Part shown: positions 42,601-51,013 of the stretch, one piece after another
How the letters are laid out: the number at the start of each line of letters is the position of its first letter
How positions within the stretch are numbered: position 1 is the first letter of the stretch
From: an uncultured Ignavibacteriales bacterium
GTDB lineage: Bacteria; Zixibacteria; MSB-5A5; GN15; FEB-12
DNA: 64,000 nucleotides
Assembly (NCBI GenBank): GCA_964416195.1
Contig: CAYQDB010000007.1
Span: forward strand, 78,160 to 142,159
Reading direction: 5' to 3'
Made by a program: the position numbers and the translations under genes
Notes under the pieces: generated by a model
Told to the model about the DNA's origin: nothing
The model's database searches: none
The model's input: the letters and a program-made list of their open reading frames with translations, nothing else

Positions 42601-43340
42601 ATATGCATCGTGAGGGTGCGGCCTTCCGCTCTCTGATGAACAGCTTCGCCATTGCCATATCGCTGGGGTTGCAGCACGGCGTGCCGCTTGAGGAGTATGT
42701 CGAGGCTTTTCTGTTCAGCCGCTTTGAGCCGAATGGGTTCGTGCAGGGAAATGGGTCGATAAAAAGAGCAACGTCGATCATAGATTACATCTTTAGAGAA
42801 CTTGCTATCACTTATCTGGACCGTAACGACTTGGCACATGTATCCACGGACGATCTGCGCGGGGACACCCTCGGTGTGCCGGCGGGGGAATCGACCGAGT
42901 TTGAGTCCGAGGAACCGGCAAAGCCGCTTGGGTCGGAGCACGTCACAGCGGGAAATCGTATTGTTAACGACATTCACACCGCCCATCTCAATGTGCAACA
43001 CGAACACGGTGGCAACGGCAACGGTAACGGCAACGCCAGAACGGGACACTCAAGAGGTAATGGGAATGGTCAACCCGTCTGGGCCGGACCTGAACGGCCG
43101 CTGGAGAGTAAGACTGCAACTTCGGAATCTGAGGCGTCGGAGAGGGCGCTTGAGTATGTCGCTGCGCCGGCTGGAACGAGTGACAGAGAGAGCAGCCGCA
43201 GACTACAGCACGAGATTAGAACGGCGCGCCTGAAGGGATACGAGGGGGACATGTGCCAGGAATGCGGGCAGTTCACGATGGTCCGCAATGGCACCTGTCT
43301 GAAGTGTGATACGTGCGGCGCCACCAGCGGCTGCAGCTAA
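39657..43340 (+). CDS. nrdJ: Class II (adenosylcobalamin-dependent) ribonucleotide reductase
   Basis: 1227 aa with a TTG start 6 nt after AGGAGG. It has the thiyl-Cys loop [10 protein letters not shown]...CNLASIN, a long low-complexity linker (GNGNGNGN) and the C-terminal CQECG...CLKCDTCG redox/zinc tail. Confidence 0.9.
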   Translation: MKIQRYFTRENESPYSDIEFIARSSEIKNPDGSTVFKQEGIQVPRQWSQVAVDILAQKYFRKAGVPKTDSKGNVVSDAEGNPVYGGETDSRQVFHRLAGCWRHWGEKYGYFDSTRDAQAFYDEMCYMLAAQIVAPNSPQWFNTGLHYAYGIAGTPQGHYYIDPANHTLTETKNAYERPQPHACFIQSVADDLVNDGGIMDLWRREARLFKYGSGSGTNFSNIRGANESLSGGGRSSGLMSFLRIGDRAAGAIKSGGTTRRAAKMVCLDLDHPDIEEFIDWKVVEEQKVAAMVAGSKVITYHLQEIVKAAQVSGTNGDTVIETDLAKNAALKEAVRNARHMAVPPVYIKKVLDLAAQGITEIDFIDLNTDWESNAYMTVSGQNSNNSVRISNRFFEKVKAGEEWELVRRTDGKTARTIPASKLWEKICYSAWACADPGVQFDTTINEWHTCPEDGRINSSNPCSEYMFLDDTACNLASINVAKFLRDDGSLDIEGYLHAIRLWTVALEISVLMASYPSPTIAQKSYEFRTLGLGFANFGTLLMCQGIPYDSAEGYTWAAALSALLSGQAYVTSAEMAREHGPFPAFYHNRDHMLRVIRNHRRAANNADKSEYEGLTTKPMGLNPNYLPEEIVKSVQQVWDEALELGETHGYRNAQVSVIAPTGTIGLVMDCDTTGIEPDFALVKFKKLAGGGYFKIINNSVPVALKKLGYSPEEINDIILYATGRKTLKQAPYINHESLKARGFGDAELDKVEASLENVFDISFAFNKYTLGEDFLKDSLGLSAETIDAWDFNLLRELGFTKEQMEAANEYCCGTMTVEGAAHLDEKHLPVFDCANRCGKKGRRFIPFEAHIRMMGAAQPFVSGAISKTINMPAEAGIDDVKRAYRLAWESMNKAIAVYRDGSKLSQPLTSALFDEDEESEGLSVSVVSQKMAEKLVYRYIAKRRKLPYRRGGYTQKAVVGGHKIYLRTGEYSDGTLGEIFLDMHREGAAFRSLMNSFAIAISLGLQHGVPLEEYVEAFLFSRFEPNGFVQGNGSIKRATSIIDYIFRELAITYLDRNDLAHVSTDDLRGDTLGVPAGESTEFESEEPAKPLGSEHVTAGNRIVNDIHTAHLNVQHEHGGNGNGNGNARTGHSRGNGNGQPVWAGPERPLESKTATSESEASERALEYVAAPAGTSDRESSRRLQHEIRTARLKGYEGDMCQECGQFTMVRNGTCLKCDTCGATSGCS
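43011..43034 (+). repeat. Hexanucleotide tandem repeat (GGYAAC)x4 inside nrdJ
   Basis: GGCAAC GGCAAC GGTAAC GGCAAC encodes GNGNGNGN. A second GNGNG stretch follows at 43056-43070. Confidence 0.8.
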
Positions 43341-43380
43341 TTCGTGGACGATAGAAATCCTCTTCAGGGACGAAGGGAAA

Positions 43381-43410
43381 GGGCCCTGGGTCGGCGACGG
43401 CTCGGGGCCC
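43381..43410. other. GC-rich hairpin between nrdJ and the OLD gene
   Basis: GGGCCCTGGGTCG-GCGA-CGGCTCGGGGCCC forms a 13-bp stem that includes G-T wobbles. No U-run follows. Confidence 0.4.
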
Positions 43411-43463
43411 AAAGGTTATAGAAGAGTAGTGATCGAAGGACCGTAACAAAGACTAATCACGCA

Positions 43464-45104
43464 ATGGCACGACTTGAGAAAATACACATAGAAAACTACC
43501 GATCAATAAAAGGACCACTCAAGATTGATTTTCCGTTAGGTGCACCTCTTGTTCTCATTGGTGAAAATAACACCGGAAAGTCAAACATTGTTCGAGCGGT
43601 CAATTTGGTACTTGGTCAATTCTGGCCTGGGAATCACGATCCGGAGGATCACGAGTTCTATAACAGAAGCCGGTCCAAAGACATTCGCATCACGCTTAGC
43701 TTTGCAAAGGATTGTCAGTTCGGACGATATAACACTGTCTTCTGGAAGTATGATGCAGATGCGAAGGAGGTTATCTTTGGGGGGTATCCACCGCTCTACC
43801 CTGGTAAAAAATGGGGTTTCATATCCAATGAGGATCGAGATTCATGTGTCTGCATACTGATAGATGCTGACAGAGAACTACGTCATCAACTAAGCTATAG
43901 ATCAAAATACACGCTGTTGAGTCGCTTGATGCAGCGTTTCCACAAGGCTCTGCTTGACGATGAAGTAACAAAAACTCAAATCGAGGAGCTATTTGAGGAT
44001 ATCAAGGCGAAGTTCTATCAGATTCCCAGTTTTAAGGATTTCGCAGATCGGTTAAAGGGTCAACTCAGCGATTTCGTGAGCACCATGACTCACAGTTTAG
44101 AGGTCGATTTCGAAGCATACAACCCTGTAAACTTCTTTCATGCTCTTAGACTTCAAGCCACAGAGGGCGGACATACGCGGACGCTTGAAGAAATGGGAAC
44201 AGGCGAGCAACAGGTGCTTGCTCTTTCTTTTGCCTTCGCATACGCCAAGGCATTTCATGGAGGTCTCTTACTTGCAGTGGAGGAGCCGGAGGCACACTTA
44301 CATCCTCTCGCACAGGAATGGTTGTGTCACTGTCTTAATGAAATGGCACAGAGTGGCCTGCAAATGCTGCTGACCTCGCATTCCCCACATTTCGTGGACA
44401 TCATGAATATTGATGGTTTGGTTTTAGTGCGAAAGGCTTCTACAGGTACAGTTGCAGTACAGAAAACGACACAAGATCTCGTCAATAAGTGCATTGAAAC
44501 CGGCGTCCCGAGTGAAAAGGTGGCTGCTGATAACATTAGACCATTCTACCGAGTCAATTCAACCGCTGATATTCTCGGTGGATTCTTCGCGACAGCTATC
44601 GTCCTAGTTGAAGGTGAAACGGAGGCCTTATCTTTGCCAGTTCTACTGCGGCAAGTAGGTTTGAATACAAAACAAAGCGGTATTGCTGTCTTGTCGGTAC
44701 GTGGCAAGGGGAATTTGGCGAAGTGGAAGAGGCTTTATGACTGCTTTGAAATACCTACCTATCTAGTGTTTGACAACGACGGTAAAACTGACCCAGTAGG
44801 AACAAAACGACGTGACGTATTGAAGTCCTTAGGAATGAATGATGAGCTTTCGGAAAGATATATTTCTATCGACCGATGGCACATTGACCTCGGCCTATCG
44901 ATTTTTGGGACCGACTACGAAGGAGCCTTACGTAGTCATTTTAGCGAATACTCTAATCTAGAAGCAGAGGCTAGGCGGTTCGGAGCTCATAGCAAGCCCT
45001 TTATAGCACGGTGGGTAGCGGAGAAACTCGATCCAACATCTGGTGACGACGGGTGGGAAAAAATGCGAGAAATGTCAAAATACATTGAAAAGATGATTCA
45101 ATGA
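43464..45104 (+). CDS. OLD-family nuclease (ABC-type ATPase plus Toprim), stand-alone
   Basis: N-terminus IENYRSIKG...LIGENNTGKSN (Walker A), LLLAVEEPEAHLHP (Walker B), SHSPHF, Toprim VLVEGETEALSLP, and a DxD-type VFDNDGK. Confidence 0.85.
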   Translation: MARLEKIHIENYRSIKGPLKIDFPLGAPLVLIGENNTGKSNIVRAVNLVLGQFWPGNHDPEDHEFYNRSRSKDIRITLSFAKDCQFGRYNTVFWKYDADAKEVIFGGYPPLYPGKKWGFISNEDRDSCVCILIDADRELRHQLSYRSKYTLLSRLMQRFHKALLDDEVTKTQIEELFEDIKAKFYQIPSFKDFADRLKGQLSDFVSTMTHSLEVDFEAYNPVNFFHALRLQATEGGHTRTLEEMGTGEQQVLALSFAFAYAKAFHGGLLLAVEEPEAHLHPLAQEWLCHCLNEMAQSGLQMLLTSHSPHFVDIMNIDGLVLVRKASTGTVAVQKTTQDLVNKCIETGVPSEKVAADNIRPFYRVNSTADILGGFFATAIVLVEGETEALSLPVLLRQVGLNTKQSGIAVLSVRGKGNLAKWKRLYDCFEIPTYLVFDNDGKTDPVGTKRRDVLKSLGMNDELSERYISIDRWHIDLGLSIFGTDYEGALRSHFSEYSNLEAEARRFGAHSKPFIARWVAEKLDPTSGDDGWEKMREMSKYIEKMIQ

Positions 45105-45114
45105 AGAGGCAGTT

Positions 45115-45185
45115 GAGTAGGTCAGGAGGCTTGTCCTCCTGACAAAATAAAACAGTGTCAGGTCCACAAGGGACCTGACCTACTC
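45115..45185. repeat. Nested REP-like hairpins downstream of the OLD gene
   Basis: The outer inverted repeat is GAGTAG...CTACTC. It encloses GTCAGGAGG-CTTGT-CCTCCTGAC (45121-43) and GTCAGGTCC-ACAAG-GGACCTGAC (45157-79). Confidence 0.75.
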
Positions 45186-45219
45186 GGATATTATTCGTAT
45201 CATTGTACAAATCTGAATT

Positions 45220-45254
45220 ACGATGCATGGCAACCATAAACTTGTTTGGGGTTG
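45220..45254 (+). repeat. 35-nt direct repeat, left copy
   Basis: ACGATGCATGGCAACCATAAACTTGTTTGGGGTTG. It repeats at 45633-45667 with 4 mismatches. Confidence 0.75.
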
Positions 45255-45270
45255 AACTGTAAGTAAAATG

Positions 45271-45370
45271 AGGTCGCTATTCTCTAACTCCGCGTAGCGG
45301 CGGGCTTTATGTCCGCCGTTAATCGGTGGGAGACAAGCCCCCACCCTACGTGAGACAAGACAGTTACCTT
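45271..45370 (+). repeat. ~100-nt structured dispersed repeat, copy B
   Basis: AGGTCGCTATTCTCTAACTCCGCGTAGCGGCGGGCTTTATGTCCGCC...GGTGGGAGACAAGCCCCCACCCTACGT...CAGTTACCTT. Confidence 0.8.
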
Positions 45371-45404
45371 TTGAGACAGTCCCGCTGGGTGGGGTACAAT
45401 GTTC

Positions 45405-45548
45405 CTAAAGTATGTCTGGCCCAATATCCAGCCCAAACGCCAGAAGCACCAGGGCACAGACTACGATCGCACCGGCCAATAGTGACAGTATGCCAATCAC
45501 GCCCCAGACCGAGCTTGAGAATCCGAGAAAACCAGTCTGTTTCTCCAT
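45405..45548 (-). CDS. 47-aa hydrophobic peptide (single TM)
   Basis: ATG 45548 is preceded by a strong RBS (TAAGGAGGGATATT ATG). The peptide is MEKQTGFLGFSSSVWGVIGILSLLAGAIVVCALVLLAFGLDIGPDIL. Confidence 0.4.
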   Translation of the reverse strand: MEKQTGFLGFSSSVWGVIGILSLLAGAIVVCALVLLAFGLDIGPDIL

Positions 45549-45632
45549 AATATCCCTCCTTACCATGATTCGACTCACTTGGTTAGTACGATAGGAATCG
45601 GTCAAAGTTGCAGATACATTGCCTGTCTGTGA

Positions 45633-45667
45633 ACGATGGGTGGCAACCACAAACTTGTTTGGGGTTG
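45633..45667 (+). repeat. 35-nt direct repeat, right copy
   Basis: ACGATGGGTGGCAACCACAAACTTGTTTGGGGTTG. Confidence 0.75.
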
Positions 45668-45683
45668 GCCTGATCGCAATAGG

Positions 45684-47840
45684 CTATTTGAGCAACTTTT
45701 TCAGTTCAAGTGCCGGTTTGTAGTCGGGATTGTACTGCAAGCATTGATAGATATAAGCGCTGACGCTATCTCTCGGGGAACCGCCTTCGTAGTGACCGAC
45801 AGCGATCAGGTAGTATGCTTGATACAGCTTGGGGTCCCTCTTGAGCGCCCGGTACATCAGACCCATCCCATCGCTGAAGCGCTTTCTCTCCATAAGGGAT
45901 AGACCCCAGTTGAAGAAGTCGCCGGCGGAGGGGTCATGTACATGCATCCCGCCCACAAAGAGGCTGTCGCTCATATTATACTGCTCGTGACGGGCATAGA
46001 AGGCTGCCGACTTGAAATAGGCTCTGCCCATCAGTGGTGCAACTCTAAGGGCATTTTGGTAGGCGGCGCTCGCTGAGTCAGTGTTTCCCAGCGTTTCGTG
46101 GACATCCGCCAGGTTCAGGTAGACCTGGCCCAGTTCGTCTGGCGCAACGGCAATGGTGTCAAGCCGCTTAAGGGACAAGCGGAACAACACTGTCGCAGAA
46201 TCCAGGTTGCCTCTCTGCTGTATCAGCAGGCCCAGGTTGTTGTACGTGCGACCGTATTCCGGTTTGAGCCTGATGGCCCGCATGTAGTTTCGTTCAGCTT
46301 CATCAAGTTTGCCCAGCCGGTACTGCACAAAGCCCAGATTGTTAATCAAAGATGCTGAGAGAGGATAGAACTGGTCGGCGAGCAGGTACTCTCGCTCAGC
46401 TGAGGCGTAATCCTCAAGCCGTTCATATTTAATGCCGTTGTTGAAGTGTATTTGGAACGTGTTGGTAAAGCCCTCATCGAAATAGGTGCGATTTACAAGC
46501 AATGCGGCAACGATGAAGAGCACGATCGAAAGGCCAAGTTTTTTGGACCCGATTTTTTTCAGCCCCCCGGCCAGTCGGGTAAGACCGGCGGCAGCGATTA
46601 CGATCATGAACGGCAACAATGGCAGCCGATGACGTGCCGTCACCAGGAATAGAACGATCGAGGGCGAATAGGCGACTATGAAGATATATAGCGGGAGGAG
46701 CCTCGAGAAATCATTCCGTCGAAGATAGACGCCCACAATGGTGAGCGGCAGCAGGATACCAAAAGGGAAAAATAGGGGTCTTTTCCAAACTAACAATGAA
46801 AAGAGGAGAGACTTGTTGCGCTGGTCGTAGATATCGGAATTGTCGCTGTTTTCGAAGCCGTCGAGTAGATAGACTGTTTTCTTCCACACCAGTCCGGCGA
46901 ATTTGCCGGGATTGTGAACGATGAAACTAATTGCCTTGCGGGTCCAGAAGGATGAAATCTCCGCCTCAGACAGTTCTTTCCCAGCCTCCTTTTCGGCGGC
47001 GGCCTTGGTGAGAGGTATGAATTGACGCCAGGAGATCGATTCATCCAGTTCCACCTCGGGCATAACCATCGACAGGCCGTTGGCATACTCGTTGTTACCG
47101 AGGTAGAGGTTTACCCCACCCTGCGAGGAAACGAGAATAAAATCGCCGGTGATGATTATGTTTCTGACTATGACCGGTGTGAGTACGATAATTACTCCCG
47201 CCAATAGCGCCAGTGGTGGTTTTATGCACGTTCCGAAGCGCACCGGTTTCTGGTGGGTCAAATAGACCCACAGCATCAAGAAGGGAATAACTAGCAACAC
47301 GTTGGGTCGGGAAATGGTCGCCAGTCCGAAAAGGAGCCCTGTCACCAGCCAGGTCTTTAGTGATCCGGATTCACGGTAAGCAATTAACCTGTCCATTCCC
47401 CAGACAAGGAAAAACAGGAACAGAACAGGTATGAGGAACATTGTTTCATAGAAGACCAGGGTGCCGTAAAAGGCGTAAATGAGTCCAGAGACAAGAGCGG
47501 CTTTTTCGCCAAATAGCCTGTCGGCAAGACGGTAGAGAAAGATGGCTGTACCGCAGCAGAGGAAAATCTGAAGGAACTTGACCCAGAAGATAGAACTGGC
47601 AGTGATCTTTACCAGTAAGGCCAAAAAGTACGGGTAGAGCGGGGCGCGGAAGTAGGCGCCTTCTCCCCAGAAGGATTTCTGTAGAATCTCGTGTGCCCAT
47701 TCCCAGTGCCATTTTTCATCGACCATCGGCACTGAGAATCCCGGCTGCTGGCTCAACTCCAGGAGGTACACCAGCCGCACCAGAAATGCCACCAGCGCAA
47801 CCAACAGCGGCCATTTATATTTTTGAATGAATTCTTTCAT
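45684..47840 (-). CDS. GT39/ArnT-PMT-like membrane glycosyltransferase fused to C-terminal TPR repeats
   Basis: The N-terminal ~480 aa are polytopic with a PMT_2-like start (FLVRLVYLLELSQQPGF...DEKWHWEWA). The C-terminal ~230 aa are TPR repeats. Confidence 0.75.
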   Translation of the reverse strand: MKEFIQKYKWPLLVALVAFLVRLVYLLELSQQPGFSVPMVDEKWHWEWAHEILQKSFWGEGAYFRAPLYPYFLALLVKITASSIFWVKFLQIFLCCGTAIFLYRLADRLFGEKAALVSGLIYAFYGTLVFYETMFLIPVLFLFFLVWGMDRLIAYRESGSLKTWLVTGLLFGLATISRPNVLLVIPFLMLWVYLTHQKPVRFGTCIKPPLALLAGVIIVLTPVIVRNIIITGDFILVSSQGGVNLYLGNNEYANGLSMVMPEVELDESISWRQFIPLTKAAAEKEAGKELSEAEISSFWTRKAISFIVHNPGKFAGLVWKKTVYLLDGFENSDNSDIYDQRNKSLLFSLLVWKRPLFFPFGILLPLTIVGVYLRRNDFSRLLPLYIFIVAYSPSIVLFLVTARHRLPLLPFMIVIAAAGLTRLAGGLKKIGSKKLGLSIVLFIVAALLVNRTYFDEGFTNTFQIHFNNGIKYERLEDYASAEREYLLADQFYPLSASLINNLGFVQYRLGKLDEAERNYMRAIRLKPEYGRTYNNLGLLIQQRGNLDSATVLFRLSLKRLDTIAVAPDELGQVYLNLADVHETLGNTDSASAAYQNALRVAPLMGRAYFKSAAFYARHEQYNMSDSLFVGGMHVHDPSAGDFFNWGLSLMERKRFSDGMGLMYRALKRDPKLYQAYYLIAVGHYEGGSPRDSVSAYIYQCLQYNPDYKPALELKKLLK

Positions 47841-47949
47841 GTAGTTATTGTTATAGGTACCCCCGCTTGCGAGGGGTTCACAAAGCCAAACCTTCTGAAT
47901 TATCTCCCAACACTATAGGGTGGGGGCGCCCGTGCAAGCAACCTATGGC

Positions 47950-48339
47950 CTACGACGTTGAGTCCCGTGCGATCTTTTGCGGGACTACCTCATCCCAACG
48001 AATTCCAACCAATTTGTCACTTTTTTTGTTAAAATAACAATATGGCATTTCAGATACAATGCTCGGTACATAGAAAGACCAGGTCTCATAGACTGAATCT
48101 CTGGTATCTACACTCAGGGGTTCACCTATGATTGACACAACATCTTCTTTGGACATGCCAAGCTCAAGTCTCTCAAAATCCTCCTTGCTAACTCCCCGAT
48201 GGTCAAAAGTCCAATCTAGTAGAAGGGTGATGGCCAGACCTGCCAACACTACCGAGATAAGCAAGACTTTCCATGTTACCTTCGCTCTTTTCATCTTATC
48301 GCTCATCATTCCCCTCGTCAGTACGGATGCCCTACCCAC
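47950..48339 (-). CDS. Small membrane-anchored protein with a SmpA/OmlA (BamE)-like domain
   Basis: TM anchor VLLISVVLAGLAITLLL, then FERLELGMSKEDVVSIIGEPLSV, a BamE-like motif. Confidence 0.45.
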   Translation of the reverse strand: MGRASVLTRGMMSDKMKRAKVTWKVLLISVVLAGLAITLLLDWTFDHRGVSKEDFERLELGMSKEDVVSIIGEPLSVDTRDSVYETWSFYVPSIVSEMPYCYFNKKSDKLVGIRWDEVVPQKIARDSTS

Positions 48340-48366
48340 GTTTGGTGGGCTGTGGATCTACATCCG

Positions 48367-50337
48367 TTATACTACCGACTTCTTCGAATTCCACGCTGCC
48401 CGATTCCACAATATCAGCGCTATCAGAGCAAACATGGCCAGTGACAGGTACGGACCGACGCTGCCTGTCAGAGTGTTCCACATCCCTTCATGCGCATCAT
48501 AAAACCCGGCATACCTGGGCCACAGCATCAGAAACGCTACAGCCACACCGATCAGAGCATCTCCCGCTACCAAACCTGATGCGAAAAGAACCCCGCGTTC
48601 GTTCTTCGTTTTATACTCATCTTTACGTGACATTCTCTTGATAACCATAGCGATGATACCCCCGGTCATGATCGGTGTTGAAAGCGACAGCGGCAGGTAA
48701 AGACCAATAGCAAAAGGCAGCGAAGAGATTCCTATAAGTTCCACCGCAATGGCAATCATGGCGCCGACCATAATCGGCGCCCAGGGAATGTTCTGGTTCA
48801 TCACACCCTGAACAACGGTGGCCATCACGTTGGCCTGCGGCGCCAGCAGTGGTGTGCGGCTAGTTGCTCCTTCCACAAAGCCGAAGACATCGTTCAGCAG
48901 GTAGATGAAAAAACCCATCGCCAAGGCGGGAAACAACAAGCCGATAAACTCCGTCAACTGCTGTTTGAAGGGAGTCGCTCCCAGCAGGTAGCCGGTTTTC
49001 AAGTCCTGGGCAATGTCACCAGACATACAGACGGCAATGCAAACAATTGTCCCCACAGACATTGCCGTGATCATCCCTTTGACACCGGAGACGCCGAAGT
49101 AAAGCAATATGAGACAGGTCACCAGCAGTGTGGCGATGGTCATGCCGGATACCGGCGATGAAGACGAACCAACAATACCTACAATGCGAGCCGCCACCAC
49201 CACAAAAAAGAATCCAAACAGCACCGCCAGTACCACGCCGAGGAAATGAAGCTCCGTCCCCGGCAACAGCCAGATAGCGATGACAATCCCCAGCACCCCA
49301 AGCAGCACCCACTTCATCGGCAGGTCGCGGTCGGTGCGGATAGCTTTCACAGTTACTCTCCTGCCCAGCAATTGCCCAAAGCCCTGGCTGAACGATGATA
49401 TGATAACCGGGAAGGATTTGATTAGGGAGATAAATCCCCCCAGCGCCACCGCGCCAACTCCGAGGTACTTGATGTAGAAGTTCCGCAAATCTGATGGGTC
49501 CATTTCACTAATGGGGATGGTGCCGGGTGCGATTATGATACCGGGAATCTGGTCGCCGATAAAGGCTATCAGCGGTCCGATCCCTAAATATCCCAGGACC
49601 GCCCCACCCATCATTAAGGCTGCAATACGAGGACCGATGATGTAGCCAACGCCGAGCAGGGCGGGGGTAGCGTCAACTCCAAGAGTGCCGCCCTTGAGAA
49701 CACCTTTGAGACTGTAATTGACCGATTCCGACCACCCCTTCAGCATGTTCATCAGGACCTTATATAATGCGCCGAGACCGATCCCAGTGAAGACCAGGTT
49801 GGCCTTTTCACCTCCCTCGTCGCCGGCCACAATTACTTCCGCACAGGCCGTACCTTCGGGGAAAGCCAATTTGCCATGCTCTCGCTCAACCAGGTATTTC
49901 CGCAGGGGAATCATCAGTAAGATTCCCAAGACACCGCCGAGCATAGCCAGCCAGAAAATCTGTGTTTTGGAAATCTCATGGACGTACCCTGCAGCCGCCA
50001 GCTCCTTGTTGGCCGACCAGATAAAAAAGGCCGGAACGGTGAAGATTATTCCCGCCGCCAATGATTCTCCCGCCGAACCGACCGTTTGAACAATGTTATT
50101 CTCAAGGACCGTGACCTTTTTGAATAGCATTCGTAAGACAGCCATCGAGATGACCGCCGCCGGGATCGAGGCGCACACTGTCATGCCGAATTTCAAGCCG
50201 AGATAGGCGTTGGCGAGGCCAAACAGGACCGAAATGATTATCCCCAAAATGATCGCTTTCCAGGTAACCTCGGCCACTGTCTTATCAGCAGATATAACCG
50301 GCTCATACTTCTCTGCGGACATGTCGGGTTTGTTCAC
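48367..50337 (-). CDS. OPT-family oligopeptide transporter
   Basis: 656-aa polytopic protein with the OPT-superfamily layout. GTG start after GGAGG. Confidence 0.85.
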   Translation of the reverse strand: MNKPDMSAEKYEPVISADKTVAEVTWKAIILGIIISVLFGLANAYLGLKFGMTVCASIPAAVISMAVLRMLFKKVTVLENNIVQTVGSAGESLAAGIIFTVPAFFIWSANKELAAAGYVHEISKTQIFWLAMLGGVLGILLMIPLRKYLVEREHGKLAFPEGTACAEVIVAGDEGGEKANLVFTGIGLGALYKVLMNMLKGWSESVNYSLKGVLKGGTLGVDATPALLGVGYIIGPRIAALMMGGAVLGYLGIGPLIAFIGDQIPGIIIAPGTIPISEMDPSDLRNFYIKYLGVGAVALGGFISLIKSFPVIISSFSQGFGQLLGRRVTVKAIRTDRDLPMKWVLLGVLGIVIAIWLLPGTELHFLGVVLAVLFGFFFVVVAARIVGIVGSSSSPVSGMTIATLLVTCLILLYFGVSGVKGMITAMSVGTIVCIAVCMSGDIAQDLKTGYLLGATPFKQQLTEFIGLLFPALAMGFFIYLLNDVFGFVEGATSRTPLLAPQANVMATVVQGVMNQNIPWAPIMVGAMIAIAVELIGISSLPFAIGLYLPLSLSTPIMTGGIIAMVIKRMSRKDEYKTKNERGVLFASGLVAGDALIGVAVAFLMLWPRYAGFYDAHEGMWNTLTGSVGPYLSLAMFALIALILWNRAAWNSKKSVV

Positions 50338-50818
50338 ACAACCTCCAGGATTCGATGAGTGGCTTTGCTTGATGTGGATAAATTAGGCCAAACCAGTGTC
50401 GTGTCAAGCATTTAGTCAGTAGTGGCGTGTGAGTTGTGTACAGAATGGCAGGTAAGTTGCATCCCCATTCTATATGACCAAGACAGCGTGAGACATACTC
50501 AAGAAGGATTTTCTTTGTTATTGGCGACAGATTAAATGGAAATAGCGTGGAATCATTGGGATGCGATGGTGGTTGTTTACGGCGTCCGATCTCGCATTGC
50601 ATTTGGCAGCGCATTTCTTGCGCCGTGGATGAGGCTTCGTTTTCCACGCGTATGAGAAATAGTTTCCGTGGCACGCTTGAAACTTTTCTTGATTTTGTGG
50701 AACAAGTTAGATACAATGTGTGTAGCAGATATGGGAAAGGAGGGAAAAACCGTAAGTATAGGTTAGTCGTTTGTTGAGGTCTGGGAACTGCACAGCGCAG
50801 ATTGGATAACAAAAAGAC

Positions 50819-50853
50819 TTGACAAGACACAAATATTTGTGTATTAGTACTAT
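50819..50853 (+). promoter_or_regulatory. Promoter with an embedded perfect 16-bp palindrome
   Basis: TTGACA 50819-24, 17 nt, TATTAG 50842-47 (TACTAT at 50848-53 is an alternative). The spacer is filled by ACACAAATATTTGTGT (50827-42). Confidence 0.45.
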
Positions 50854-51013
50854 AGCAAACCACCTCAATGATTGGGCGATATTCACGTTAAGAGTCACAC
50901 CTCCGAGTGCGGTAGTTCGTATTACGGATGATGTAGTGGTTGCATGGAGCAAGGCACTGGGCTGTGCCATGCCAACCAAAACAAGAACACACTCACCCCA
51001 GAGGAGGTGAACC

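Noticed and set aside
42324-43049. 241-aa ORF antisense to nrdJ, and many other 60-190-aa ORFs antisense to long genes (for example 9774-10268, 25799-26263, 55382-55954).
   Set aside because: They lie entirely inside well-supported genes on the opposite strand. They have Arg/Pro/Gly-rich or Cys-rich composition typical of shadow frames in GC-rich coding DNA, and they carry no motifs.
39657-43340. Possible intein or mobile insertion to explain the 1227-aa length of NrdJ.
   Set aside because: No intein splice-junction blocks or homing-endonuclease motifs are visible. The extra length is a C-terminal low-complexity linker plus a Cys-rich tail, which is common in class II RNRs.
43381-43410. GC-rich hairpin between nrdJ and the OLD gene as an intrinsic terminator.
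   Set aside because: No U-tract follows on either strand. I kept it as an unexplained hairpin; it may be REP-like or an RNA-processing or stability element.
50303-50863. 186-aa minus-strand ORF filling the gap upstream of the OPT transporter.
   Set aside because: It overlaps the OPT start, and its composition is Cys-, Arg- and Thr-rich with no hydrophobic core pattern or motif. I treat the region as non-coding.
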